Counted from the stretch's first letter, positions 45,546-55,218 are shown. The stretch is DNA of 64,000 bases from a virus (IMGVR_UViG_3300050343_000064:771-64770), one strand, 5' to 3'. Made by a program: numbers and translations. The notes: a model not told the origin generated them from the sequence alone.

Positions 45546-45870
45546 TAGCATTTTCATGTACTTCCATTCTTCGAATAGCATGTAGTTTTCCATTTATCTC
45601 TACGTAGATGACAGCGTTCTTTACTGCGTCGCTACCTTTCGTAAAGTTGCTTAGATACAACTGCAAGTCTTGTACTCTCATGAATTTTTTCTTAACTTGA
45701 TAGATAGATCCTCTATCACTTTTTTATAACCTTGCAAGAGATTTTTATTTTTTTCGTTTTCAGATACAATTTTTTTAACTCAAAGATTTCTTTTTTCTGT
45801 TCTTCAACTAAAGCCTTATATCCTTCGATAGTGTCTTGTAATTCATCTTGATTTCTATGTACTTTCATTC

Positions 45871-45904
45871 TTGACATTATAGGATAGTTCCCTTAAATTG
45901 TCAA
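45871..45904. promoter_or_regulatory. Overlapping bidirectional sigma70 promoters
   Basis: Plus: TTGACA-N17-TAAATT; minus: TTGACA-N17-TATAAT; ATGs at 45906 (+) and 45868 (-). Confidence 0.75.
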
Positions 45905-45905
45905 C

Positions 45906-46427
45906 ATGGGTGTACCAAAAAGATTAACAGAAATGCAACAACGATTCGCTGAGTTCTTAGTATTCGGTGGACCGGAAGGACCAATGACTAAACGTGAAGC
46001 TGCTATCGCTGCTGGGTACAGTAAGGATAGAGCAATGAGAGAAGGATCAGAGTTAACTAATCCAAAATACTCACCACTTGTAGTTAAGTATATTGGTGAA
46101 CTCAAAGAAGAAAGATTAAGAAAACACGAAGTAACTTATGATGGACACCTGGCAGAACTTGCTAGACTGAGAGAAGCCGCTTTAAAAAAAGGATCATTTT
46201 CTTCAGCAGTGAATGCGGAAGCAAACAGAGGAAAAGCAGCAGGACTATACATAGATAGAAAGATAATAAAAACAGGAAAACTAGAGGACCTATCAGAACA
46301 AGAGCTAGAAGCAAAAATGAAACAGATAATAGACGACTACGGATCTCTAATAAATGTGACACCTAATGAATCTTCGTTATCTTCTTCACACAAGAAGTTG
46401 GAAACACCGACCTCTCAGAAAAAGTAA
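45906..46427 (+). CDS. terS: Terminase small subunit
   Basis: LTEMQQRFAE..EAAIAAGYS HTH; SAVNAEANRGKAAGLY. Confidence 0.8.
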   Translation: MGVPKRLTEMQQRFAEFLVFGGPEGPMTKREAAIAAGYSKDRAMREGSELTNPKYSPLVVKYIGELKEERLRKHEVTYDGHLAELARLREAALKKGSFSSAVNAEANRGKAAGLYIDRKIIKTGKLEDLSEQELEAKMKQIIDDYGSLINVTPNESSLSSSHKKLETPTSQKK

Positions 46428-46677
46428 TAGACCCATCATCATCAACATCATAGCCTGCAAATATTCTTACAGTATCTTTGTCTTTAGAAAACAACCAACC
46501 TTCACTTACCGGTGTTGCTAGTTTCATGTCAGTAAACTCTTTTACCGTACCCCAGCCGCCTTCAGTGATGATGTCAATCCAATCTATACGTACACGCTTG
46601 TATGGAAACTTAACAGCCTGCTTGACCAGCTTAGGCTTGTTGTAGCTATTTATTCTTCTAGATTTCTTCTTTGGCAT
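46363..46677 (-). CDS. Conserved hypothetical protein
   Basis: IDWIDI..GW..SEGWL..FPTSCVKKI. Confidence 0.7.
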   Translation of the reverse strand: MPKKKSRRINSYNKPKLVKQAVKFPYKRVRIDWIDIITEGGWGTVKEFTDMKLATPVSEGWLFSKDKDTVRIFAGYDVDDDGSITFSERSVFPTSCVKKITKIH

Positions 46678-46905
46678 AGGTTTAATTCCTTCTATAGTAT
46701 TCTACCACAGATTTTTTATTTTAAAAAACACATTCGCGCGCGTGAACCGAAATTTGATAGTACACTTTATCTCTAAATAAAATAAAAAGTGTACCATAAA
46801 GTGTCCACCCTAAAGTCATATATACCAACACTTCTAGACCAAAAGTACACTTAGTACACTTTATTTCTGAAAAAAAAAAAAAAAAATAAAATCTGTCACA
46901 GAATA

Positions 46906-47115
46906 CTATAGTACGGTTTTTGTGTACTTCTTGGCCACATTTTCGCCATATTTACGCTCATATTCCGCCTCAATCTGCATCATAAGGTCCGTGATCCCTG
47001 TTTCGTCAAGCTTGACCACATGCTCCATGGCCCGTGCTACAAGGTCTCGTCTGTACTTGATAGCCTTATTCCTGGTCTGTACTTCGTGGATTCCCCACCT
47101 CGTTTGATCCGTCAT
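46906..47115 (-). CDS. Hypothetical protein
   Basis: MTDQTRWGIHEV... with AGGAG RBS; fused in the ORF track to the nuclease C-terminus. Confidence 0.5.
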   Translation of the reverse strand: MTDQTRWGIHEVQTRNKAIKYRRDLVARAMEHVVKLDETGITDLMMQIEAEYERKYGENVAKKYTKTVL

Positions 47116-47119
47116 ACTT

Positions 47120-47843
47120 TCTATACTCCTAAAGTCCTCCGCTTTCATTGGTGTTGTTCTTTCTTTCTCGTCATGCATTAGGTCATGATACATGTCTATT
47201 CTTTCAAAGCCTTCATGTTTCCAGCGTCTTAGTTCAGGTCCTTCTACTTTAAATTCTTGGTAATATAGGTCAGGCGTGCATACCATGATAACTCCCTGTT
47301 TAATTTGGAGCCGTAGACGTAGTCGTGTGCCATGGCGTATGCTGCAATTTGCAGATAATAATCTTCGATCCATTCTTTCTTTTTCGGACGGTTAGCTTGC
47401 TTGAAGTCAACGACAGTTTCCATACCATTATGATTACAGATAAGGTCTGTTTGACCTGCATACAGCCCCGGATAATGTAACGTAACTTCGGAACCATAAT
47501 ACTCTTCCACTGGCGCAAAGCCAATCTCAATAATTTTTTTGGCCATGGGACTCGCCTGGCGTCCGAGTTCTGTAAGATCATCGTAACCAACGCCCGTAAC
47601 ATAAGATTCGAGGAATTTATGCATACTGGTGCCCCGTGCACTAGATACATTCTTGATTCTGTCTGCTTCTGCTTCACCTACTTTGGCCTTCCATTTGGTT
47701 AAAAATTCTGTATTTTTGGTAGCCCCTAATATAGTAGTTACACTTGGAAGTCTATAAGAACTTATCTCATAGACTCTTTTTCCTGTATCAGGATCCGTGA
47801 TCTGTTTTCCCTCTAAATAATTGTATTTATTACTCTTCTTCAT
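47120..47843 (-). CDS. PD-(D/E)XK exonuclease (RecB/Cas4-like superfamily), frameshifted near the C-terminus
   Basis: LPSVTTIL, RGTSMH, YAGQTDLI, VDFKQ, YYLQIAAY. Confidence 0.85.
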
Positions 47844-48167
47844 TGTCTAATTCTTCCTGCTCTTTTTCAAAACCTTCCATAAGTTCTTCATGCAAAGTCT
47901 TAGGTTTAAATATTTCATCCCAACGCTTACGATACGTATCGGTACTTGGTCTTGTTATTCCATCAAACTTTTCTTTTTTCATAACTTCTTTTGTAACTCT
48001 TTGACATACTCTTCATCTTCTTGTCTTTGTTTGTCACGTAAGATTTTTGTATGTTTACGCCAAGCCCACGCATTCAATGTGCCGGCCCATTTCATTATAA
48101 AATGTAAACTGTTATATACTATCTTGTCCAACATTTTTTTGTACCTCTCTATATTCGTCTAAAGATA

Positions 48168-48563
48168 TTACATTATCTTTAAATGCTTTAGTTGTATATG
48201 TTCTATTACTTGTTGTATCTTAGGTAGTTTAGTATGTGCAAATGGCCATATCAAACAACACACATAGTATGCATCTCTAAATGTACATCGCCATCTCCAT
48301 TGTTTAAGATATGGTGTACCATCAACTCTATTACCCTTAACCTTTTTAGGAGTAAAAGTTCCAACACCTAAAACCTCGTGAACCCACATTATAACTGATC
48401 TATCGGTCATCGTTATTTCCATACTGATACGCATAGAATTAGATAACCGGTAGCCAGGTTTATTATTATGTTTTTTCTTTTTCTCAATACCACGTCTTAT
48501 GTGTATGGACCCTTCTCCGTCAAACAGTCCTGCAATATAAGCTTTGTCAGTATCTTCTATCAT
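48168..48563 (-). CDS. Single-motif LAGLIDADG endonuclease-like protein
   Basis: AYIAGLFDGEGSI, ITMTD, WRW, IWPF..K. Confidence 0.8.
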   Translation of the reverse strand: MIEDTDKAYIAGLFDGEGSIHIRRGIEKKKKHNNKPGYRLSNSMRISMEITMTDRSVIMWVHEVLGVGTFTPKKVKGNRVDGTPYLKQWRWRCTFRDAYYVCCLIWPFAHTKLPKIQQVIEHIQLKHLKIM

Positions 48564-48751
48564 TAATGTATTGACATCCCTTCTCCAGGCAGATCTTCGT
48601 TTTCATAATCGTATATCTCTCCCTGTGACTCACAGTCCCAGCATTGATGAATCATATCTTCTTTTTCATAAATGCATGCGACTTTTACATAGCCATTACC
48701 TTTACAGGTAGGACATACGTAAACCTTTTTAACTCTTTTTGAACTTGCCAT
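48563..48751 (-). CDS. DnaJ-type Zn-finger protein
   Basis: CPTCKGNG...CWDCESQG. Confidence 0.7.
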   Translation of the reverse strand: MASSKRVKKVYVCPTCKGNGYVKVACIYEKEDMIHQCWDCESQGEIYDYENEDLPGEGMSIH

Positions 48752-48902
48752 TTAATTTCTTCGCTTTCTCGTTTGCTATTGCTTCTATTGTCTTTGCTAC
48801 GCTTAGTTTCGCATCTGGAAAAATTATCTTTGATAACTTATCTAAAGTAGCGTATGTTTCTTTAGTTAAAGAAACGTTCTTGTATTTAGTCATGTCTGTC
48901 AT
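48729..48902 (-). CDS. Ribbon-helix-helix-like DNA-binding protein (57 aa, not in ORF track)
   Basis: MTDMTKYKNVSLTKETYATLDKLSK...LSVAKTIEAIA; strong RBS and upstream promoter. Confidence 0.65.
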   Translation of the reverse strand: MTDMTKYKNVSLTKETYATLDKLSKIIFPDAKLSVAKTIEAIANEKAKKLNGKFKKS

Positions 48903-48960
48903 GTTTACTTCCTTTCATGTTAAGAACTAATATATAAGTGATACTATAGGATTGTCAAGT

Positions 48961-49173
48961 ATGAAAATTATTTTAATGTTAATTTTGTGTTCTGGAGTTT
49001 CCAAGAACTGTGTAGAACCTTATGAATGGCCTGTTAAATTTCCGGATATATATGAGTGTATGGTTGCAGGATATGAAGAATCAAAAAATAAAACAATAGA
49101 AATAGGTAGATCAGACGTTAATAAATTTGATGTTTATGTAAAATTTGTCTGTGCTCCATTGACTGAAACGTAA
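48961..49173 (+). CDS. Small Cys-containing secreted-like protein
   Basis: MKIILMLILCS..C..ECMVAGY..KFVC. Confidence 0.55.
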   Translation: MKIILMLILCSGVSKNCVEPYEWPVKFPDIYECMVAGYEESKNKTIEIGRSDVNKFDVYVKFVCAPLTET

Positions 49174-49245
49174 AAATAATATAGAGATAAAAAATCTTCT
49201 CACCATAAACCTATCCCACAATATTTCCCCTCTTTAGGGATAGGT

Positions 49246-49452
49246 CTATTTACAAATACAACCAACTAAACTACCGCTACCATCGTGCATAATATGCAAG
49301 TGTAGAGTATCAACGTATCCGCTTAGTTTTAGTCTTAGTATCTCGCACAGATCCATGCAATCTACGTCTCCCAACAAAGATATATGATCCATCACTTGCT
49401 CTGTGACAGGAACTAATTGATACAATCCGTCGTTTAGAATTATTAATTCCAT
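49246..49452 (-). CDS. Hypothetical protein
   Basis: 68 aa, coupled to the upstream ORF. Confidence 0.55.
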   Translation of the reverse strand: MELIILNDGLYQLVPVTEQVMDHISLLGDVDCMDLCEILRLKLSGYVDTLHLHIMHDGSGSLVGCICK

Positions 49453-49652
49453 TATTTTTTTCTTCCTGGTCTGACATATTCTCCTGTTTTATTTCCCCAT
49501 TCAATTATATTTTTGATACCTGGTGCTTTCAAATTCATGTCTACCCCAAAAGGTCTCCAAGCTTTTTTCATTATATTTAGTTCAAGTAAAAGGTTAGACC
49601 ATTGACCAGGATTAGTACCATCTACTGTTATTGTTATAGTTTTTTCTTTCAT
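49452..49652 (-). CDS. Hypothetical protein
   Basis: 66 aa, GAAAGG RBS. Confidence 0.65.
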   Translation of the reverse strand: MKEKTITITVDGTNPGQWSNLLLELNIMKKAWRPFGVDMNLKAPGIKNIIEWGNKTGEYVRPGRKK

Positions 49653-49759
49653 GTTTTCCTTTCTTTTTTAACCTAGCCAAACTTTCGTAAGGCTAGGTAA
49701 TCCTAAAAATTAACCTCTATAAGAAGGTTATATTTAATATAGGATATTTTAGGATAATG

Positions 49760-49894
49760 TCAACCCTGACCTTTGTAACGAGTCTGTTTTTTTTGACGTT
49801 TTTCCTGCTTATTTTTATTTTTTTTATGTTGCCGTGGTCCACGTTTCTTGGGCTTATCACGGGGTGTAAAGAATTTAAAACTTTGTCTAGCCAT
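49760..49894 (-). CDS. 44-aa highly basic peptide ending YKGQG (not in ORF track)
   Basis: MARQSFKFFTPRDKPKKRGPRQHKKNKNKQEKRQKKQTRYKGQG. Confidence 0.65.
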   Translation of the reverse strand: MARQSFKFFTPRDKPKKRGPRQHKKNKNKQEKRQKKQTRYKGQG

Positions 49895-50093
49895 CTTCCC
49901 ACTGTTTAACAAATGCTGTTTTATCTTCTGGACAACTTAAAATTGGTAGATAAGTTATCTTACCATTAATGTGTTGTTGTAAGTCAGAACCACAAGTCAT
50001 ACATCTGTATAATTCATTTGTAAGTCCTACCAACATAGTATCTTCTTCACAGGTTGGACACTGGCCTTTTACTACTTCTGCTGATACTTTCAT
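49887..50093 (-). CDS. Zn-ribbon protein
   Basis: CPTC...YRCMTCG. Confidence 0.65.
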   Translation of the reverse strand: MKVSAEVVKGQCPTCEEDTMLVGLTNELYRCMTCGSDLQQHINGKITYLPILSCPEDKTAFVKQWEDG

Positions 50094-50094
50094 A

Positions 50095-50229
50095 TTATTG
50101 ACAGCTTAAACACTCATCGCTGTCATTGTCAAGGTCTGCGAGTGCTTCTTCTTTGCAGTCCTGGCTGCAAAACATATCTAATTCGTCTTTAGGTTCGAAC
50201 TCTTTTTTACATTTATTACATTTTTTCAT
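50095..50229 (-). CDS. 44-aa Zn-finger peptide with acidic CxxCQ C-terminus (not in ORF track)
   Basis: MKKCNKCKKEFEPKDELDMFCSQDCKEEALADLDNDSDECLSCQ; ATG overlaps the upstream TAA. Confidence 0.75.
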   Translation of the reverse strand: MKKCNKCKKEFEPKDELDMFCSQDCKEEALADLDNDSDECLSCQ

Positions 50230-50444
50230 TATTCTAATATTAACTTTTTAATTGATAAAGATCCATCTATATTTTCTTCAAGCTCGGCCATTTGTTTCAG
50301 GCATTGATACTTTACGTGCGATTTAGAATCACGTCTAGCTGTACGTGCTCCTTTAAGACATTCAGACATTGAAGTCTGGATACGTGCTTCCTTGATCTCT
50401 CCGTGTACAATCATAAGTAAGGCTACCACTAACTCTGTCATCAA
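50229..50444 (-). CDS. Small membrane/secreted protein (possible lysis accessory)
   Basis: Hydrophobic N-terminus, two Cys; coupled to the upstream coiled-coil gene. Confidence 0.55.
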   Translation of the reverse strand: MMTELVVALLMIVHGEIKEARIQTSMSECLKGARTARRDSKSHVKYQCLKQMAELEENIDGSLSIKKLILE

Positions 50445-50820
50445 TGTGCTCCGTTACCGTTTGCTCTTACTTTATCTTTTAAATCTTCAATATCAACTAA
50501 TGCTTTATCTAATTGTTCTCTTAAAAATTCTATATTAACTTTGTTAGTCATATTCATCTCTTGAGTCTCTTCCATTTTCTCGACGGACTTGTACAAATCC
50601 TCAATTAAAAAATGTTGTTCCTGGTCCGTGGGCACTTGTTCAGATTTCTTTAACAAATCATTTTCAAACAACTCACGTGATGTCTCTAACGATACTAATC
50701 TTGCAGTCAGCTCTGTATATGCGAACACGCCCATTGCAACTAGAATTATAAGGAGCTACCGTCTTCATCGGCATCTGTACTCTTGCCTCTTCTCCGATGT
50801 TTAATGGTTTATTGGACACT
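50441..50820 (-). CDS. TM + coiled-coil protein (spanin-like position, frameshifted start)
   Basis: Hydrophobic segment then PTDQEQHFLIE coiled coil. Confidence 0.55.
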
Positions 50821-50999
50821 TGGACCTCCGCAGAGAGCCAGAACAACTAACATAACAATCAGTAAACCTGTTGCATAATAATTCATCCTGGCTATCTCCA
50901 TAATTCTATTTAACTATGTAAGCTATAACTAAAACTGCAACTACAAGACATTCAACCTTGTGGTCAGACCAGTAATGCATAGCTTTACTTTTCATTTTA

Positions 51000-51650
51000 T
51001 CAATCATTTTTTTTCTCCTCGATTTCATAGAAGAACTTGTCGGTATCTTCTGTCCGCCATGCTCTACTATCTTCTACGTTCCATTCAGAAGTCTGCACTT
51101 TCCAGTCAGGGATGTTATCTTTCACTGTGAAAGAAGGTATATCCCATATACATCTATTGTTAGGTTGTGCTGCAAAATTACCGTCATCGAGGGCAATTAT
51201 GTGAGCGCACTTATGTTCGTGCGGAATCTCTGAATGATCAGTGTCAAGTATATTAGACTCTGGATGTGCAAAGTCAACTGTAAATAAATATTTTCCTGGG
51301 TGCCATTTCTTGTCTTTTCCGATATACTTACCGGCTTGTCCGTCTAATATATCCCAACGATGGACAGAAGGATAATAAGAAAAACAATTCCAGAGCTGTA
51401 GTTCATCAAGTCGTCTTGCGGGCACTCCGGATGGTTCAAATCCCTGTTGAATAAACGCGCTAATTGGTAGGCGATAAAATATTGCACCGTTTTCCATAAT
51501 AGCATGAAATAGTATACTACGACCTGTAAGAGCGCTAAGACCAAACACAATGCAGTCTTCAACTTCTCCATGATGTTTTTTAAGATCATATAAATATTCT
51601 CTTTTTATTTGTGCATAAGTTGCCGGTATGTTTGCATTTAAGTAAGCCAT
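51000..51650 (-). CDS. Conserved marine phage protein
   Basis: YLNANIP, GAIFYRLPISAF, LWNCFSY, YLFTVD, EHKCAH, GNFAAQPNNR. Confidence 0.8.
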   Translation of the reverse strand: MAYLNANIPATYAQIKREYLYDLKKHHGEVEDCIVFGLSALTGRSILFHAIMENGAIFYRLPISAFIQQGFEPSGVPARRLDELQLWNCFSYYPSVHRWDILDGQAGKYIGKDKKWHPGKYLFTVDFAHPESNILDTDHSEIPHEHKCAHIIALDDGNFAAQPNNRCIWDIPSFTVKDNIPDWKVQTSEWNVEDSRAWRTEDTDKFFYEIEEKKND

Positions 51651-51659
51651 AATTTATCC

Positions 51660-53501
51660 TCATTTTATATTACCCCAATTTGGACCAGATTCATAGTCCA
51701 CCTTGTTAGGTACTTCTAATTCTACTGCAGATTCCATAATCTCTTTTATTTTATCTGCATTACCATCGACAGATATATCAAGTTCATCATGTACTTGTAT
51801 ATGCGGTATGATACCTTCTTTGTATAATCAACCATAGCTTTTTTAGTCATATCAGCTGCTGATCCTTGTATAAGTTTATTTAATGCTTTGTATGTAAAAG
51901 CACGCTTGATCCCTGGTCCGTGTTCCTGGAGTGCATCTTCGTGAGGCAATGCTTTATGTATCCCAAACTGGTTAGGCTCCCATAAATTAAACCTACATCT
52001 ACCCAAGTAAAGTTCTAACTTACCTTTATCCTGTGCTCTACGCATTACACTTTCCATTAACATTTTTACAAATGGAACTTTGTCATGGTATTGTTCTAAA
52101 TAGATCATCAGCATTTTCTTTGATACACCTAGCTCTGCTTGTAATTTATTTTTACCCATACCATAAAACAAACCAAGATTAATTGTCTTGGCCTGTGATC
52201 TAGGTATGTTTGCCATGTCAGCTACAATTTTGTGAAAGTCTGTATCCGGTTCATCGTTGTATGCATCAACAACTTCATTTACTTTATATAAATCATCGAG
52301 ACTAGCATAGTGTGTAACAATCTAGGTTCTTGTTGTGAGTAGTCAAAGCAACCCCAAGTATGTCCTTCTTCTGGAATAAACAAACTTCCTGATCCGTGGT
52401 CCAAGTTCCTTGTTACGTGCAGGAATCTGCTGTAAGTTTGGATTGTTGTAACTGAACCTACCGGTTACTGTACCACCTTGATCGGATCTAATTTGATTTA
52501 TCTCTGCATGTATTCGACCTTTGTGTGAATGTTTTAATATTGTATCTATAAATGTTGTGTGAGATTTATTTATCTCTCTTGCATGTGCAATTGCTTTTGC
52601 TACAGGGTGTGTTTGATTCTGTAACCAATTTTTAGTAAAGCTTGGTGCTTCAGTTTTTAAAGTTCGTTCGTAAGGTAATTTTAATTTATCAAATACTTCG
52701 GCTATTGATCTTGCAGCCCAGATTTGTACATCAATTCCTGTTACTTTTTTAACTTCTTGTAAACATTTCTTTTCATCTGATACTAATTCTTGTTTTAATT
52801 TGTGTGCTGCATCTACATCAACACGTACTCCTAAGAATCTCATGTCAACAAGACATGGAAACAATTCTGTTTCAAGATCAAAGATAGATTGTACATCTTC
52901 ATCTAGTATTTCTTTTTTCATTTCTTGCCATAGTTTTAGAGTCAACACTGCATCTTGCTCGGCATATTCTCCAACATACATTGCAGGTAGTTTATACATC
53001 TCAGACTTAGCATCTATGCCCCAATGCGCTGCAGTTTCCTTCAATACAGCCTCATTTTTACCGATTCCGACGTAATCACGACCCAAACTACCTAAATCAT
53101 AACGAAAGCGATTCTCGTCCACGAGAGAGCCAGCAATCATGGTATCCACGATCTTACCCTCTATTTTAAGGCCCATAGACCTAATCCAACATACATCGTA
53201 CATTGCATTGTGAAATATCTTAATTGCAGGTGTATTTAGTACATCTTGTAAACCATTTTATAACCATATTCTTATCCATGTTACCACCACCTTCATGTGC
53301 GATAGGATAATATCCAGACCAACCTTCTACAGCAACAGCTATACCTACAACTTTACCATTACCAACTACAGATCCTGAACCTGTTGATTTTAAATCTGGG
53401 TCTTTGGTCTCTAAGTCAATTGCAATCTCATCATACTTTGATAAGTCTGGAAAAGATTCTGGTGGTAGCCACTCTGTTTGTGGTTTGAATATAGGTTTCA
53501 T
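51660..53501 (-). CDS. polA: DNA polymerase family A with 3'-5' exonuclease (split by indels)
   Basis: AIDLET, YAEQDA, TGRFSYNNPNLQQIP, DYSQQEP, AKTINLGLFYG, IQGSAAD, VHDEL. Confidence 0.93.
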
Positions 53502-53737
53502 GAATAGTCTCTTTCTAATATCATTTCTAAATAATGTATTGCTTTATTTATGTCTTCTTCTTTTCCCTTTGACTGATGTCGACATATATATTTTATAGCA
53601 TTGCCTTCTGCAAAAAGCAATTTGTTTTCATTTATAAACTCTGCTGGTTGTATCTTCATTTGTTTGTAATGTTTTCCACCAACTTGATTGTCTAGTGAAT
53701 CGTATGTTGCTTTTTTAAATATATCTTTGTTTGTCAT
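53498..53737 (-). CDS. DUF3310 / T7 gp1.7-like nucleotide kinase-family protein
   Basis: VGGKHY..IQP..EGNAIKYICR..KG..EDINKAIHYLE. Confidence 0.8.
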   Translation of the reverse strand: MTNKDIFKKATYDSLDNQVGGKHYKQMKIQPAEFINENKLLFAEGNAIKYICRHQSKGKEEDINKAIHYLEMILERDYS

Positions 53738-55218
53738 AGATTGTATGCCTTTTTAGTTTGTGGTTCGATTATATATAAGTTCTTCTCTGTTCTTGTGCAC
53801 GCAACATAAAATAATCTGTGTGTATCATCTGGATCTTTTAGATAATCAACAAATGCTGCACCAGCCAAGTCTGTTATTACAACTACATTTTCTCGTTCAT
53901 TACCTTTAACGCCATGTATCGTAGAAATACTAATTCTAGGATTTTTAGTTAAGTCTTCATCTGATTCTATTAGTTTTAATATTTTTCTTATGTCTGTTTT
54001 TAAAGCTTGATCTAATGCTTCATACCATTCAGCTTCTGTTTTAAGTCCGTATTTTTCTTTCAATGTATCTATGTCATAAAAACCATCTTTAATTATTGTT
54101 TTAAATAATTTTGAATCCCAGTTATTTTTAGTCATCTTTGATTTTATTTCTTTAATTTCATTGTAGTGAAGAGGTATACCTTTTTTTAAATTATTCCATT
54201 TTTGTGCAATTTCATAAATATTTTTTATTCTTGGAGTAGCATTTCTTCGTTGCCAATATAAATCTTTTTGGTCTAATATTTCTCCAATACTTGCTAACAT
54301 ATAATTTGCTTGTGCTAATACTAGCCATCTACCTTGTGAAAAATCTACTTCATGTAAATCGCTACAGTATTGAACAGATCCTTTTTCTTCTTTTGGTAGC
54401 CATTCTTTTTCTACTCTATCATGTACTTTTTTTATTATTTTATTCGCAAGTGCAAAAGGTTTTTGTGGAACCCTTCTTGATTGATCTAAAGTAGTTCTCT
54501 CACCTTCTAAATTTATAAATGTACTTACATGTGCACCGTTCCATTTATATATAGCCTGATCATCATCACCGGATATATATGAGTCTTGTGCTTTTTCTTC
54601 TATCTTTTTGACTAATCTCCATTGCGTTAAACTTAAATCTTGTGCTTCATCTACAAACATAACTCTCAAACTTGGTGCTTCACCACTTTCTATAAATTTA
54701 TCAAGCATGTCAGGAAAATCTATAAGACCATGTTGTTCTTTGTATCGCTCTAGTTCTTCAATTATTATTTCTAATTTATTTAATTGTATTTTATAATTAT
54801 TATTTAAATGATGAAATTTTATAGGGTCCATTTCTTTTGATCGTGCTAAGTTTATCAATTGTATGTATGGATCTGGAGAAAAAAATATACCTTCATAGTC
54901 TTCATCTTGTCTTGCACCTTCTAATTCTATTTTCATTTTTTCTGATAATTCTTTGTAATGTTTTGCCTGCATCACCTGGTTTTTATTTACACCCAATTGA
55001 TTAAAACAAAATGAATGTAAGGTTTGAAAATATGGTAGATCATTATGAGATAGTTTAAATTTATCTGCTGCTCTTTGTTTACCTTCTTGCGCAGCGTTTT
55101 TACTAAATGTGAAATAACCAATCTTATCTGATGGTGTTTCAGCTAAAAATTTTTCTATATGTCCCAGTAATGTATGTGTCTTACCTGTGCCTGGAGGACC
55201 ATAAATTATGTGACGCAT
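53734..55218 (-). CDS. UvrD/Rep-like SF1 helicase
   Basis: GPPGTGKT, QTLHS, VDEAQD, GDDDQAIY, STIHGVKGNE, FYVACTR. Confidence 0.92.
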   Translation of the reverse strand: MRHIIYGPPGTGKTHTLLGHIEKFLAETPSDKIGYFTFSKNAAQEGKQRAADKFKLSHNDLPYFQTLHSFCFNQLGVNKNQVMQAKHYKELSEKMKIELEGARQDEDYEGIFFSPDPYIQLINLARSKEMDPIKFHHLNNNYKIQLNKLEIIIEELERYKEQHGLIDFPDMLDKFIESGEAPSLRVMFVDEAQDLSLTQWRLVKKIEEKAQDSYISGDDDQAIYKWNGAHVSTFINLEGERTTLDQSRRVPQKPFALANKIIKKVHDRVEKEWLPKEEKGSVQYCSDLHEVDFSQGRWLVLAQANYMLASIGEILDQKDLYWQRRNATPRIKNIYEIAQKWNNLKKGIPLHYNEIKEIKSKMTKNNWDSKLFKTIIKDGFYDIDTLKEKYGLKTEAEWYEALDQALKTDIRKILKLIESDEDLTKNPRISISTIHGVKGNERENVVVITDLAGAAFVDYLKDPDDTHRLFYVACTRTEKNLYIIEPQTKKAYNL

